From Flavobacteriaceae bacterium (GTDB taxonomy: Bacteria > Bacteroidota > Bacteroidia > Flavobacteriales > Flavobacteriaceae), in the NCBI GenBank assembly GCA_029248185.1, contig JAQWJV010000046.1, positions 34,912 through 98,911 of the forward strand: a DNA stretch of 64,000 bases. The letters run 5' to 3'. How positions within the stretch are numbered: the stretch's first letter is position 1; the number at the start of each line of letters is the position of its first letter. Position numbers and translations under genes: made by a program. The notes under the pieces were generated by a model, which saw only the letters and a program-made list of their open reading frames with translations, was not told the DNA's origin and searched no databases. Below, piece after piece: positions 52,107 to 61,465 of this stretch.

Positions 52107-54333
52107 TCAATCAGATACTATGGATCAGGAAGGAACAAAGGGAATAAACTTTGATTTACCCAAAAATAGAAGCAATGTAATTAAAGTACTTGGTGTTGGT
52201 GGAGGTGGAAGTAATGCAATCAATTATATGTTTCAACAAGGAATCAAGGGAGTTGATTTTATTGTAAGTAACACTGATGCTCAGGCTTTGACTGAAAGTG
52301 GTGTACCCACTAAAATTCAGTTGGGTGCAAGTCTTACTGAAGGTCTGGGAGCAGGGGCAAACCCCGAAGTGGGGGAAAGAGCGGCTGTGGAAAGTAAGGA
52401 TGAGATCCAATCCATACTTTCAACACAAACTAAAATGATTTTTATTACCGCAGGAATGGGGGGAGGAACAGGTACTGGAGCTGCACCCGTGATTGCAAAA
52501 ATGGCAAAATCATTAGATATTTTGACTGTAGGAATTGTAACAATGCCCTTTCAGTTTGAAGGAAAACTGCGCTTGGAACAAGCTCAAAAAGGCTTAGAGA
52601 AAATTAAAGCCTCTGTAGATGCACTCATTGTGATCAACAATAATAAATTAAGAGAAGTTTATGGAAATCTTGGTTTTAAAGCGGGTTTTGCTAAGGCAGA
52701 TGAGGTTTTAGCTACTGCAGCACGAGGTATTGCAGAAGTCATAACCCATCATTATACTCAAAATATTGACCTTAAAGATGCCAAAACGGTTTTGACTAAT
52801 TCCGGTACTGCAATCATGGGATCTGGATCAGCATCTGGGAGTAATCGAGCTCAAGAGGCAATTGTAAAAGCGCTCGATTCCCCCTTATTAAACGATAATA
52901 AAATCACAGGATGTAAAAATGTATTGTTACTTATTGTTTCGGGTACGGATGAGATTACCATCGATGAAATTGGGGAGATCAATGATTTTATTCAAACGGA
53001 GGCTGGTAATCATACCAATATCATTATGGGAGTTGGTGAGGATGAAACATTAGGGAATGAAGTTTCGGTTACTGTTATAGCGACTGGATTTGGTCAAGAG
53101 CAACAAAATGAAATTTCCAATACGGAAGCTAAAAAGATAATTCATACGCTTGAAGATGAGCAGAAAATGGAGCATGACCTCTCTGAAAAGTCCGATACTG
53201 AAACTGTTATAAATTCTTTTGAGGTGGATGGGGAATTTGAACAAAAGAGATCCATTCCAAATTTGAAATCAAACCCATCTCAAGAACAAGACCCTTTAAT
53301 TGATTTAAATGCTATTCTTTATGATATTGAAGTGGACAGTGAAATTGTTCCCAATGGACTCTCAGAAAAGCAAATTCATATGCTTATTGAGGAGGAGGAA
53401 GAAGCGCCAATGCTTTTTACAACTCCAGAGTCTGACATTTCAGTAATAAATGATGAAAGTGTAGAGGTAGATAGTGAAATCAAATCACCTGATGAAGATG
53501 TAGTGGTACCAGAAATGGAATCGATCGAAGAAAAATTAGAAATCACCACTTCTGAATCGCCTCTAGAGATTTTAGAGAATGATCCTACTGAAGAAGAAAC
53601 AGAAATCAATCCAGTAGCCCTCTCGTTCGAGACTCAAGATGATGGAGATGAAATAAATAATGTTAGCACTTTTTTTGAGCCACAATTTGAAGCGGTCTCT
53701 GAAGTATCAGATTCAGAAGACCCAAATAAAATGGAAGTGACAGCGTCTGAGAATGCAATTGAAGAAGAGTTTATGATCAACGAAGTCTCCTCGCTTCTTT
53801 CAGAAATAGATGTTGTTGATCCTGAAATTGTAGCACATAAAAGTCAATTTCAAATGGATTTTGAATTGCCTTTTGTTCAAGAAACAGATCAAAAGTCAAT
53901 TGTTTTTCAGTCAGAGGAAAATAAAGTGGAGGACAGCGCATCCAATCTTCAGCAAGAATTAGAGGAAGCTTCTTTAGAGGTTAAGTTTGAGATTAAAGAT
54001 GAGTCTATTGAATTAAAAGAGGAAAAGGATGTTATTAAAGAAGAAACAGCAGCGGTTGGTGCAGCAACAAATCCTTTTGAACAGTCTATTGATCAGACGA
54101 TAATAGAACAAAGTGAAAAGCGAAAAGAACATTTAAAGGCTTTTAATCATAAATTCAAACACCAACTACAACGCGTGGATGATATGGAAAAAGAGCCTGC
54201 CTATAAGCGACAGGGATTAGATATAGATGCTGAAGCACCCAGTGCTCCTTCTCGTGTTTCTTTAGACAATAATGGAGACGATGATCTACAATTGCGCTCC
54301 AATAATTCATTTTTACACGATAACGTAGATTAA
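52099..54333 (+). CDS. ftsZ: cell division protein FtsZ with very long acidic C-terminal linker
   Basis: GVGGGGSNA and tubulin signature GGGTGTGAAP. Bacteroidota-type tail EPAYKRQG...NNSFLHDNVD. An alternative start is ATG 52120. Confidence 0.95.
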   Translation: MHNQSDTMDQEGTKGINFDLPKNRSNVIKVLGVGGGGSNAINYMFQQGIKGVDFIVSNTDAQALTESGVPTKIQLGASLTEGLGAGANPEVGERAAVESKDEIQSILSTQTKMIFITAGMGGGTGTGAAPVIAKMAKSLDILTVGIVTMPFQFEGKLRLEQAQKGLEKIKASVDALIVINNNKLREVYGNLGFKAGFAKADEVLATAARGIAEVITHHYTQNIDLKDAKTVLTNSGTAIMGSGSASGSNRAQEAIVKALDSPLLNDNKITGCKNVLLLIVSGTDEITIDEIGEINDFIQTEAGNHTNIIMGVGEDETLGNEVSVTVIATGFGQEQQNEISNTEAKKIIHTLEDEQKMEHDLSEKSDTETVINSFEVDGEFEQKRSIPNLKSNPSQEQDPLIDLNAILYDIEVDSEIVPNGLSEKQIHMLIEEEEEAPMLFTTPESDISVINDESVEVDSEIKSPDEDVVVPEMESIEEKLEITTSESPLEILENDPTEEETEINPVALSFETQDDGDEINNVSTFFEPQFEAVSEVSDSEDPNKMEVTASENAIEEEFMINEVSSLLSEIDVVDPEIVAHKSQFQMDFELPFVQETDQKSIVFQSEENKVEDSASNLQQELEEASLEVKFEIKDESIELKEEKDVIKEETAAVGAATNPFEQSIDQTIIEQSEKRKEHLKAFNHKFKHQLQRVDDMEKEPAYKRQGLDIDAEAPSAPSRVSLDNNGDDDLQLRSNNSFLHDNVD

Positions 54334-54341
54334 AAAAAAAT

Positions 54342-54794
54342 ATGGGAGTTTTAAGTAATTTGACAGAAGAAATAAAAAGCGCTATGCGTGCCAAGGATAG
54401 TTTGAAATTAGAGGCACTTCGTGCAATAAAGTCAGCTGTTTTATTGGCACAAACCTCAGGAGGTGGTGCAAATGAATTAAGCGATGATGAAGCGATAAAG
54501 TTATTGCAACGCTTGGTAAAACAAAGAAAAGAAAGTGCGGCAATTTTCAAGGAGCAACAACGACCTGATTTGGCAGAGCCAGAAGAAGCTCAAGCAGAGG
54601 TAATCATGGCTTTTTTACCTGAGCAGCTCTCTGAGGAGGCTGTAGAATCGATAATTGATGAAATCATTCAAAAAATAGGGGCTGCAAGCATGAAGGATAT
54701 GGGGAAAGTCATGGGGATGGCTTCAGGTCAATTAGCAGGTAAAGCGGATGGAAAATTGATTGCAACATTGGTAAAGCAAAAGCTAGGTGCTTAA
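54342..54794 (+). CDS. GatB/YqeY domain protein
   Basis: 150 aa. N-terminal IKSAMRAKDSLKLEALRAIKSAV and C-terminal MGKVMG... are typical of the YqeY family. Confidence 0.75.
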   Translation: MGVLSNLTEEIKSAMRAKDSLKLEALRAIKSAVLLAQTSGGGANELSDDEAIKLLQRLVKQRKESAAIFKEQQRPDLAEPEEAQAEVIMAFLPEQLSEEAVESIIDEIIQKIGAASMKDMGKVMGMASGQLAGKADGKLIATLVKQKLGA

Positions 54795-54908
54795 ATTCAT
54801 GCTCCCGCTTTGTAATTCTGTTGGATAGCATTAAATTTGTATTGATTTTAGTAGCAAAGGAAATGTAATGTCGAAAACAATTCCGTTTTAACTTTTAAGA
54901 TTTAAACT

Positions 54909-54982
54909 GGCCCAGTAGTTCAACTGGATAGAATATCAGATTTCGGCTCTGAGGGTTAGGGGTTCGAATCCTCTCTGGGTCA
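54909..54982 (+). tRNA. tRNA-Arg (anticodon UCG)
   Basis: Hand-folded cloverleaf. Acceptor stem GGCCCAG/CTGGGTC, D stem GTTC/GAAT, anticodon stem TCAGA/TCTGA with loop TT-TCG-GC, T arm AGGGG-TTCGAAT-CCTCT. T8, A14, G18G19, T33 and T54T55C56 are all present. No encoded CCA. Confidence 0.9.
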
Positions 54983-55072
54983 CTTTTAAAACTTCCATTC
55001 ATTTAATGACTTTATTTTTTCAATTAATTGATTATCTTAATCTTTTAACTCAACTTAAAATGTTGTTTTTTC

Positions 55073-58000
55073 ATGAATACAAAAGATGTGCTAATCCATA
55101 AAGATCTTGCTGAAAAAGTTCTGTTAAGACTTTATGGAATTCAAGGGAAGGCATTGCCTTTAACCGGAGAAGTGGATTTTAATTTTAAAATTACAACTTC
55201 AGAAGGTGCATCTTACATTCTAAAAGTTTCTCGGCCCAATATTTCGTTGTCGTATTTAGATTATCAGCAAAAAATCTTGATACATCTAGAGTCTAAATCT
55301 ATGCCGATTGAAACCCCAAAAGTGTTTCTTGATAAACAAGGTGAACAAATTTCATCTTTTAAAGATGAGAAAAATCGAGTGCGTTATGTTCGTTTGCTCT
55401 CATGGATTTCTGGAAGAGTTTGGAGCCAGGTACATCCTCATATGGCTGATTTACGTTTTGGTTTAGGGTATTTGGGAGGTTCCATAACGGAGGCATTACT
55501 TGATTTTGACCACCTAGAGGCGAAACGTGCCTTTGAGTGGGATATCGCACAGGCGTTTTGGGTTGAAGAGTTTTTTCCTCTTTTTAACAATAAAGAGCAG
55601 GAAGTTGTAATCCATTTTTTAGAATTGTTTAAATCTTATGGGACGGGTTATAAAGTCTTACGGAAAAGTGTAGTGCACAATGATGCAAACGATAACAATA
55701 TTCTCGTTACGGATACTATTGATGCTCCTTCTGTACAATCTTTAATCGATTTTGGAGATTCAATTCATACTCAAGTCATAAACGATTTAGCAATCAGTTG
55801 TGCCTATGGAATCATGCAGCAAAAGGATCCATTAGAGGCAACTTTTTCCATCATCAGTGGGTACCATAAAGCCTTTCCTTTAAAGGAAGAAGAGCTTTAT
55901 TATTTGTATGGCTGTATTGCAATTCGTCTCGTAATATCAGTAACGAAATCAGCCATTAATAGAAAAGCAGAACCCGAAAATGAATATTTATTGATCAGTG
56001 AAAAGTCTGCTTGGGAGCTTTTATATAAATGGAGGCAAACCAATGCAGAGTTTGCTCATTATAGTTTTAGAACTGTCTGTGGTTTCCCTGCACATCCGAA
56101 ACGAATCGAATTTAATCGTTGGGCACTCAAAGAAAAATTAAAACTTAATTCATTATTTCCCTCACTGAATAAATCTGAGGTTTTACTTCTGGATTTGAGC
56201 GTTTCTAGTACTTGGATTGGGCAATCCATTGAGTTTAACGACCTTGATTTATTTCAATTTAAAATAGAACAGTTACAAAAGAAAAATCAGGATAAAATCC
56301 TTTCAGGAGGATATTTGGAGCCAAGACCTTTATATACTTCATCAGCGTATGATAAAGTGGGAAATTCAGGAAATGAAAGTAGATCCATTCACTTAGGGGT
56401 TGATTTCTGGGTTTCAGAGGGGACGCCAGTTCATGCTCCTTATCAAGCTAAGGTTGTCATGTCAGTCATCAACCAAGGTGACAAGGCATATGGTGGTCTG
56501 ATTATCCTTCAGCATGAAGAAGAAGGTGTTTTGTTTTTTTCTCTTTACGGTCATCTTTCGGAAAAAAGTATTTCAGAACAACCCATAGGGAATACTGTTG
56601 CTAAAGGAGAAAAATTTGCTGAGATTGGGAATCGATATGAAAACGGAAACTGGGTGCCTCATTTACATTTTCAATTGATGTTATCATTGCTTGATTTTCA
56701 AGACGATTTTCCGGGTGTTGTCTATCCAAACCAAAAGGAGATATGGAGTGGGTTTTGTCCTGATCCCAATTTACTTTTTAAAAGTAAAGCCCTACTGCAT
56801 AAAGAAGAAATTAAAATAGATAAAATTAAATCGGATAGACGAAGCTACCTTGGAAAAGGAATGAGTTTACAGTATGAGGAACCGCTTCATATTGTGAGAG
56901 GAGAAGGAGTTTATTTATTTGATGATCAAGGAAGGAAATATATCGATACGGTCAATAATGTTGCTCATGTAGGACATGAGCATCCCAAAGTTGTAAAGGC
57001 CGGTCAGTCACAAATGGGGGTACTCAATACTAATTCGAGATATTTACACAATAACATTACCCACTTAGCAAAAACACTTGCTCAGACGTTACCCTCTGAG
57101 CTATGCGTACTACATTTTGTCAATTCTGGAAGTGAAGCCAATGAGCTAGCATTGAGAATGGCAAAAACCGTCACAGGATCAAAAGAAGTAATTGCTTCAG
57201 AGATTGGGTATCACGGTAACACAAACAGTTGTGTCGATATTAGTTCTTATAAATTTGATGGAAAAGGAGGGAAGGGCAAACCTGAAAATACCCATATTTT
57301 TCCTTTACCCGATTCTTTTCGAGGTAAATATTGTGGGGAAAATACAGGATTACAGTATGCGAATGAAGTTCAGTCATTAATAGATAAAATTCAAGCTCAA
57401 AATAAGGAGGTGGGCGCTTTTATTATTGAGCCCATCATCAGTTGTGGGGGGCAAATTGAATTGCCTGAAGGATTTTTGAAAGCAACTTATTCCATGATAA
57501 AAAATGCGGGGGGTCTCTGTATTTCTGATGAGGTTCAGACGGGTTGTGGGAGAATGGGAAGTACTTTTTGGGGGTTTCAGTTACACGATGTTGTTCCGGA
57601 TATTGTTACGATAGGAAAGCCGTTGGGAAACGGACATCCCGTAGCCGCAGTTGCTTGTACTCAAGAAATTGCTCAGCAGTTTGCCAATGGGATGGAATTT
57701 TTCAACACTTTTGGAGGAAATCCTGTTTCATCTGTCATTGCCAGTACGGTAATTGAAATTGTTATTGAGGAAAAACTGCAGCAAAACGCTTTGGAGGTAG
57801 GCGGGTTCTTAAAAGAGGAATTATTGAAATTATCACGCGTTTATCCAATTTTAGGCGCTGTTCGAGGGCAAGGTTTATTTTTAGGAATTGAGCTTGTAGA
57901 TGTACTTAAAACCCCTCTTGAGCGTCAAGCGACATACCTTGTAAACAGGATGAAGGATTATGGATTCCTGATGAGTTCTGATGGACCCGATCACAATGTT

Positions 58001-58102
58001 ATTAAGATCAAACCACCCATGGTTTTTTCAAAACAAAATGCAATACAATTGATTCACACCTTGGATGAAATTCTATCAGAGGATTTCTTGCACCTGATAT
58101 AA
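55073..58102 (+). CDS. tri-domain fusion: APH-type phosphotransferase + peptidase M23 domain + class-III PLP enzyme (ETNPPL/PHYKPL-like)
   Basis: Single uninterrupted 1009-aa ORF. Kinase motifs VVHNDANDNNILV and IDFGD (about 55671-55760). M23 motifs HLGVD (His440/Asp444, 56390) and PHLHF (His530/His532, 56660). PLP domain strings NVAHVGHEHP, LNTNSRYLH, NSGSEANE, SDEVQTGCGRMG and PDIVTIGKPLGNGHPV (Lys849, 57617). No signal peptide. Confidence 0.85.
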   Translation: MNTKDVLIHKDLAEKVLLRLYGIQGKALPLTGEVDFNFKITTSEGASYILKVSRPNISLSYLDYQQKILIHLESKSMPIETPKVFLDKQGEQISSFKDEKNRVRYVRLLSWISGRVWSQVHPHMADLRFGLGYLGGSITEALLDFDHLEAKRAFEWDIAQAFWVEEFFPLFNNKEQEVVIHFLELFKSYGTGYKVLRKSVVHNDANDNNILVTDTIDAPSVQSLIDFGDSIHTQVINDLAISCAYGIMQQKDPLEATFSIISGYHKAFPLKEEELYYLYGCIAIRLVISVTKSAINRKAEPENEYLLISEKSAWELLYKWRQTNAEFAHYSFRTVCGFPAHPKRIEFNRWALKEKLKLNSLFPSLNKSEVLLLDLSVSSTWIGQSIEFNDLDLFQFKIEQLQKKNQDKILSGGYLEPRPLYTSSAYDKVGNSGNESRSIHLGVDFWVSEGTPVHAPYQAKVVMSVINQGDKAYGGLIILQHEEEGVLFFSLYGHLSEKSISEQPIGNTVAKGEKFAEIGNRYENGNWVPHLHFQLMLSLLDFQDDFPGVVYPNQKEIWSGFCPDPNLLFKSKALLHKEEIKIDKIKSDRRSYLGKGMSLQYEEPLHIVRGEGVYLFDDQGRKYIDTVNNVAHVGHEHPKVVKAGQSQMGVLNTNSRYLHNNITHLAKTLAQTLPSELCVLHFVNSGSEANELALRMAKTVTGSKEVIASEIGYHGNTNSCVDISSYKFDGKGGKGKPENTHIFPLPDSFRGKYCGENTGLQYANEVQSLIDKIQAQNKEVGAFIIEPIISCGGQIELPEGFLKATYSMIKNAGGLCISDEVQTGCGRMGSTFWGFQLHDVVPDIVTIGKPLGNGHPVAAVACTQEIAQQFANGMEFFNTFGGNPVSSVIASTVIEIVIEEKLQQNALEVGGFLKEELLKLSRVYPILGAVRGQGLFLGIELVDVLKTPLERQATYLVNRMKDYGFLMSSDGPDHNVIKIKPPMVFSKQNAIQLIHTLDEILSEDFLHLI

Positions 58103-58152
58103 TTAAAGAGACATTTTTTTTTGTATATTTAACTAACTTTATTTTATAAGAA

Positions 58153-58329
58153 ATGAATGAACTACTAATTGTTGGAATCGGTGCTTTTGTTCTCGTTGGG
58201 GGTGTTATTCTATATGCTGTAGTTTCAACCGCTACGGGCATGGAAGAAGATAAAAATAACAATTATATCCCCGATTGGATTGAGAAAAAATTTCCTAGCA
58301 TTTTCAAATCAGGAAAAGATCTAGAATAA
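58153..58329 (+). CDS. small single-pass membrane protein (58 aa), hypothetical
   Basis: Translated by hand, because it is below the ORF-track cut-off: MNELLIVGIGAFVLVGGVILYAVVSTATGMEEDKNNNYIPDWIEKKFPSIFKSGKDLE. It has one clear TM helix followed by a charged tail. Confidence 0.35.
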   Translation: MNELLIVGIGAFVLVGGVILYAVVSTATGMEEDKNNNYIPDWIEKKFPSIFKSGKDLE

Positions 58330-58420
58330 CCTTCGAGACTAAAGCTTTATTTTTATTTGATATTAAAGAACAATATTTCCTTAATAATTGAGTTTGTTAA
58401 GTGTTATTACTTTATAAAGA

Positions 58421-59818
58421 ATGAACCTTTCTACCATCAAAACCTGTTACTTTTCACTTTTTTTCCTACTTTTTCAATGGGGGATATCCCAGAATGTTGA
58501 AAATCCATGGAAGATTAACTTAGGCGTCAATGTTATTGATACCTATCCTACAGGAGATTCTTCTCCCTATCTAGGGAATTCGGGTGGTTTTTTTGAAGAT
58601 TTTTTAAATGTTGGTAGCCACTGGAATTTAGGGGGACCCTCGTTTTCCATATCCCGTTATTTAGGCTTTGGACTTTCGCTGGGCTTGCAAGGGGGATTAA
58701 ACAGCATTAAAAATATAAATGGTGTTACTGACCCTGTTATTTCTTACTATGCAACCGATGCTTTTTTTGGTTTCAATCTGATTAATTCAGGAAGCTTTCG
58801 ACCCTTTTTAAAAGTTGGATATGGTTTATCAAGTTTTGATATTCGTAATGACATCCTTGAGGGAAGATTATTATCAAAAAACACATCAAAATCAATTCTT
58901 GGAGGCGTCGGCTTTGATATAATGCTTGACGAAGCTTTTGGAATTACCTTTCAAACAGAATATAGAAATGCTTTTGAAACTTATGGAACTAACCATTTTC
59001 AGCATCAAATTGGAATGTCTTATCAATTTGGGTCGGGGGATATGGATAAAGATGGGGTTCCAGACAAAAAAGATGAGTGTCCAGAAATACCAGGTTTAAA
59101 AGAATACAATGGCTGTCCAGATACTGATGGCGATACTGTTATTGACAAGAAAGATAACTGCCCAGAGATAGCAGGTCTAGTAGAATTAAACGGTTGTCCA
59201 GACACCGATGGTGATGGTGTCGCCGATCCTGAAGATGCTTGTGTGAATATTCCTGGAAATCCCGAGATGAATGGTTGCCCAGATTCAGATGGTGATGGTA
59301 TGGGTGATGATGTTGATGCTTGTATTGAAGCGGCAGGTCCCTTGGAGAACAATGGATGTCCTTGGCCGGATCGTGATAAGGACGGCGTTGCAGACAAAGA
59401 TGATTTGTGTATAGATGAAGCGGGTTCTGAGGCAAATAATGGGTGTCCTGAGCTTTCAAACGAAGTCATGAAAACCATAAATGAATTTGGTTCAAAAATT
59501 AATTTTGCTGCCAATAGTGATAAAATATTAGGCAAAAAGATGCGGGCTATACTATTTAAAATCAAAGAGATATTGATGGAAAACCCGCTTGGTAACCTTT
59601 TGATCGAGGGCTACGCTTCAGCTGATGGAGATGATGATTATAATTTAGAGTTGTCTGTCAAAAGAGCAGAGGCTGTTAGGGACCTATTAATTGATCTAGG
59701 GGTGGCAGAGGAACGCTTAGAAGTCATAGGCTTGGGAGAAACATCTCCTATTGGAAATAACGATTCGCCTCAAGGTAGGGCCGAAAACAGGAGAGTTCAA
59801 TTTATTTATAAAAATTAG
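58421..59818 (+). CDS. OmpA-family outer-membrane protein with thrombospondin type-3 repeats
   Basis: Signal peptide, beta-barrel-like N-terminal part, central D.D.DG..D..D.CP repeats, and a C-terminal OmpA domain ending AENRRVQF. Confidence 0.85.
   Translation: MNLSTIKTCYFSLFFLLFQWGISQNVENPWKINLGVNVIDTYPTGDSSPYLGNSGGFFEDFLNVGSHWNLGGPSFSISRYLGFGLSLGLQGGLNSIKNINGVTDPVISYYATDAFFGFNLINSGSFRPFLKVGYGLSSFDIRNDILEGRLLSKNTSKSILGGVGFDIMLDEAFGITFQTEYRNAFETYGTNHFQHQIGMSYQFGSGDMDKDGVPDKKDECPEIPGLKEYNGCPDTDGDTVIDKKDNCPEIAGLVELNGCPDTDGDGVADPEDACVNIPGNPEMNGCPDSDGDGMGDDVDACIEAAGPLENNGCPWPDRDKDGVADKDDLCIDEAGSEANNGCPELSNEVMKTINEFGSKINFAANSDKILGKKMRAILFKIKEILMENPLGNLLIEGYASADGDDDYNLELSVKRAEAVRDLLIDLGVAEERLEVIGLGETSPIGNNDSPQGRAENRRVQFIYKN
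59038..59452 (+). repeat. about 6 thrombospondin type-3 (calcium-binding) coding repeats
   Basis: Repeated [14 protein letters not shown]-type units: [70 protein letters not shown]. Confidence 0.8.
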
Positions 59819-59823
59819 AAACT

Positions 59824-60474
59824 TTATAAATCCTTCAGAAGCTTTATGTTTTCTGCGGGATTCTTTGCTTTAAAAACATAACTTCCAGCAACAAGGACAT
59901 CGGCCCCGGCTCTTATTAAAGAAGCTGCATTGGCATCAGTAACTCCACCGTCAATTTCAATCAGACAAGAACTATTATGAAGTTGAATAAGTTCTTTTAA
60001 TTCCGATACTTTAGCATAGGTGTTTTCGATAAATGATTGTCCTCCAAATCCTGGATTTACACTCATAATACATACCAAATCAATGTTTTGTATAATACTG
60101 TTTAGACTTGAAATAGGAGTGTGTGGGTTTAATGCCACTCCAGCTTTCATTCCACAGGACTTGATTTTCTGAAGAGTTCTGTGTAAGTGATTACAGGCTT
60201 CGTAATGTACTGTCAAAATTGTAGTTCCTAAATCGGCAAAAGTCTCAATATAACGATCGGGATCTATTATCATTAGGTGAACATCCAGCGGTTTTTTTGC
60301 ATGTTTTTGAATTGCTGCAAGAACAGGCATTCCAAACGAAATATTGGGTACAAACACACCGTCCATGATATCGATATGAAACCAATCGGCTTCACTAGCA
60401 TTAATCATTTTAGAATCTCGTTCAAGGTTGGCAAAGTCTGCGGCTAGTATGGAGGGTGCTATTTTAACTGACAT
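59824..60474 (-). CDS. rpe: ribulose-phosphate 3-epimerase
   Basis: PSILAADFANL and MSVNPGFGGQSF motifs. Confidence 0.95.
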   Translation of the reverse strand: MSVKIAPSILAADFANLERDSKMINASEADWFHIDIMDGVFVPNISFGMPVLAAIQKHAKKPLDVHLMIIDPDRYIETFADLGTTILTVHYEACNHLHRTLQKIKSCGMKAGVALNPHTPISSLNSIIQNIDLVCIMSVNPGFGGQSFIENTYAKVSELKELIQLHNSSCLIEIDGGVTDANAASLIRAGADVLVAGSYVFKAKNPAENIKLLKDL

Positions 60475-60501
60475 TATTTTTGTTTAGTTAGGTAAAGATA
60501 C

Positions 60502-60529
60502 AAAAAAGGCAACCCGAGGGTTGCCTTTT
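60502..60529 (-). terminator. rho-independent terminator after rpoD
   Basis: GGCAACC-CGAG-GGTTGCC hairpin flanked by A6 on the plus strand, which is a T6 tract on the minus strand. It begins 4 nt downstream of the rpoD stop. Confidence 0.75.
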
Positions 60530-60532
60530 AAA

Positions 60533-61396
60533 TTAACCTAGATAGGTTTTTAGAATTTTACTTCTAGAGGTGTGTTTTAATCGGCGAATGGCTTTTTCTT
60601 TGATTTGTCTGACACGTTCTCTTGTAAGATCGAATGTTTCTCCAATTTCTTCTAAAGTCATTGCATGTTGATCTCCTAAACCAAAATATAAACGCACCAC
60701 ATCAGCTTCTCTAGGAGTAAGGGTTTCAAGGGCGCGTTCTATTTCTGTCCTAAGGGATTCATGTAAAAGTAATCGATCAGGATTAGGTGATTCCCCACTA
60801 TTTAGGACATCATATAGGTTTGAATCTTCTCCTTCAACAAGGGGTGCGTCCATAGAGACGTGTCTTCCTGAGTTTTTGAGTGATTCTTTTACATCATTAA
60901 TGGTCATGTCCAGTTCTTTTGCAATTTCTTCAGCAGAAGGTGCACGTTCATGGGCTTGCTCCAAAAAGGCGTAAGTTTTATTGATTTTATTAATTGAACC
61001 AATTTTATTTAGCGGTAATCGTACAATACGAGATTGTTCGGCTAAGGCTTGTAAAATAGATTGACGTATCCACCATACGGCATAGGATATAAATTTAAAT
61101 CCACGGGTTTCATCAAATCGTTGTGCTGCTTTAATGAGTCCTAAATTTCCTTCATTAATTAAATCAGGAAGGGTAAGCCCTTGGTTTTGGTATTGTTTAG
61201 CTACAGAAACAACAAATCGCAAATTGGCTTTGGTTAATTTTTCAAGAGCTATTTGATCTCCTGCTTTTATCCGTTGCGCTAATTCTACTTCCTCCTCAGC
61301 AGTAATAAGGTCTACTTTTCCAATTTCTTGTAGGTACTTATCTAGTGAAGCGGTTTCTCGGTTGGTTACCTGCTTGGTAATTTTTAGTTGTCTCAT
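60533..61396 (-). CDS. rpoD: RNA polymerase primary sigma factor (sigma-70 family, short Bacteroidota type)
   Basis: Region 2 [13 protein letters not shown] and region 4.2 [27 protein letters not shown]. At 287 aa there is no region 1.1. Confidence 0.95.
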   Translation of the reverse strand: MRQLKITKQVTNRETASLDKYLQEIGKVDLITAEEEVELAQRIKAGDQIALEKLTKANLRFVVSVAKQYQNQGLTLPDLINEGNLGLIKAAQRFDETRGFKFISYAVWWIRQSILQALAEQSRIVRLPLNKIGSINKINKTYAFLEQAHERAPSAEEIAKELDMTINDVKESLKNSGRHVSMDAPLVEGEDSNLYDVLNSGESPNPDRLLLHESLRTEIERALETLTPREADVVRLYFGLGDQHAMTLEEIGETFDLTRERVRQIKEKAIRRLKHTSRSKILKTYLG

Positions 61397-61465
61397 AGTT
61401 TAAACGATGTCGTATATAATGGATACGTTCAAAAAATTAATTTGTTACAATAATTTAGAAAAAAA

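Noticed and set aside
54909-58420. tRNA-Arg-linked genomic island carrying the fusion gene
   Set aside because: No integrase is present. I could not find a direct repeat of the tRNA 3' end (GGTTCGAATCCTCTCTGGGTCA) downstream, and composition looks like the rest of the window.
59023-59565. 180-aa antisense ORF, plus a 106-aa one at 59139-59459, inside the OmpA/TSP3 gene
   Set aside because: It lies opposite the Asp/Gly-rich thrombospondin repeats, whose GAT/GGT-rich codons leave the reverse frames free of stops. The product is low-complexity Ser/Pro-rich. This is a shadow ORF.
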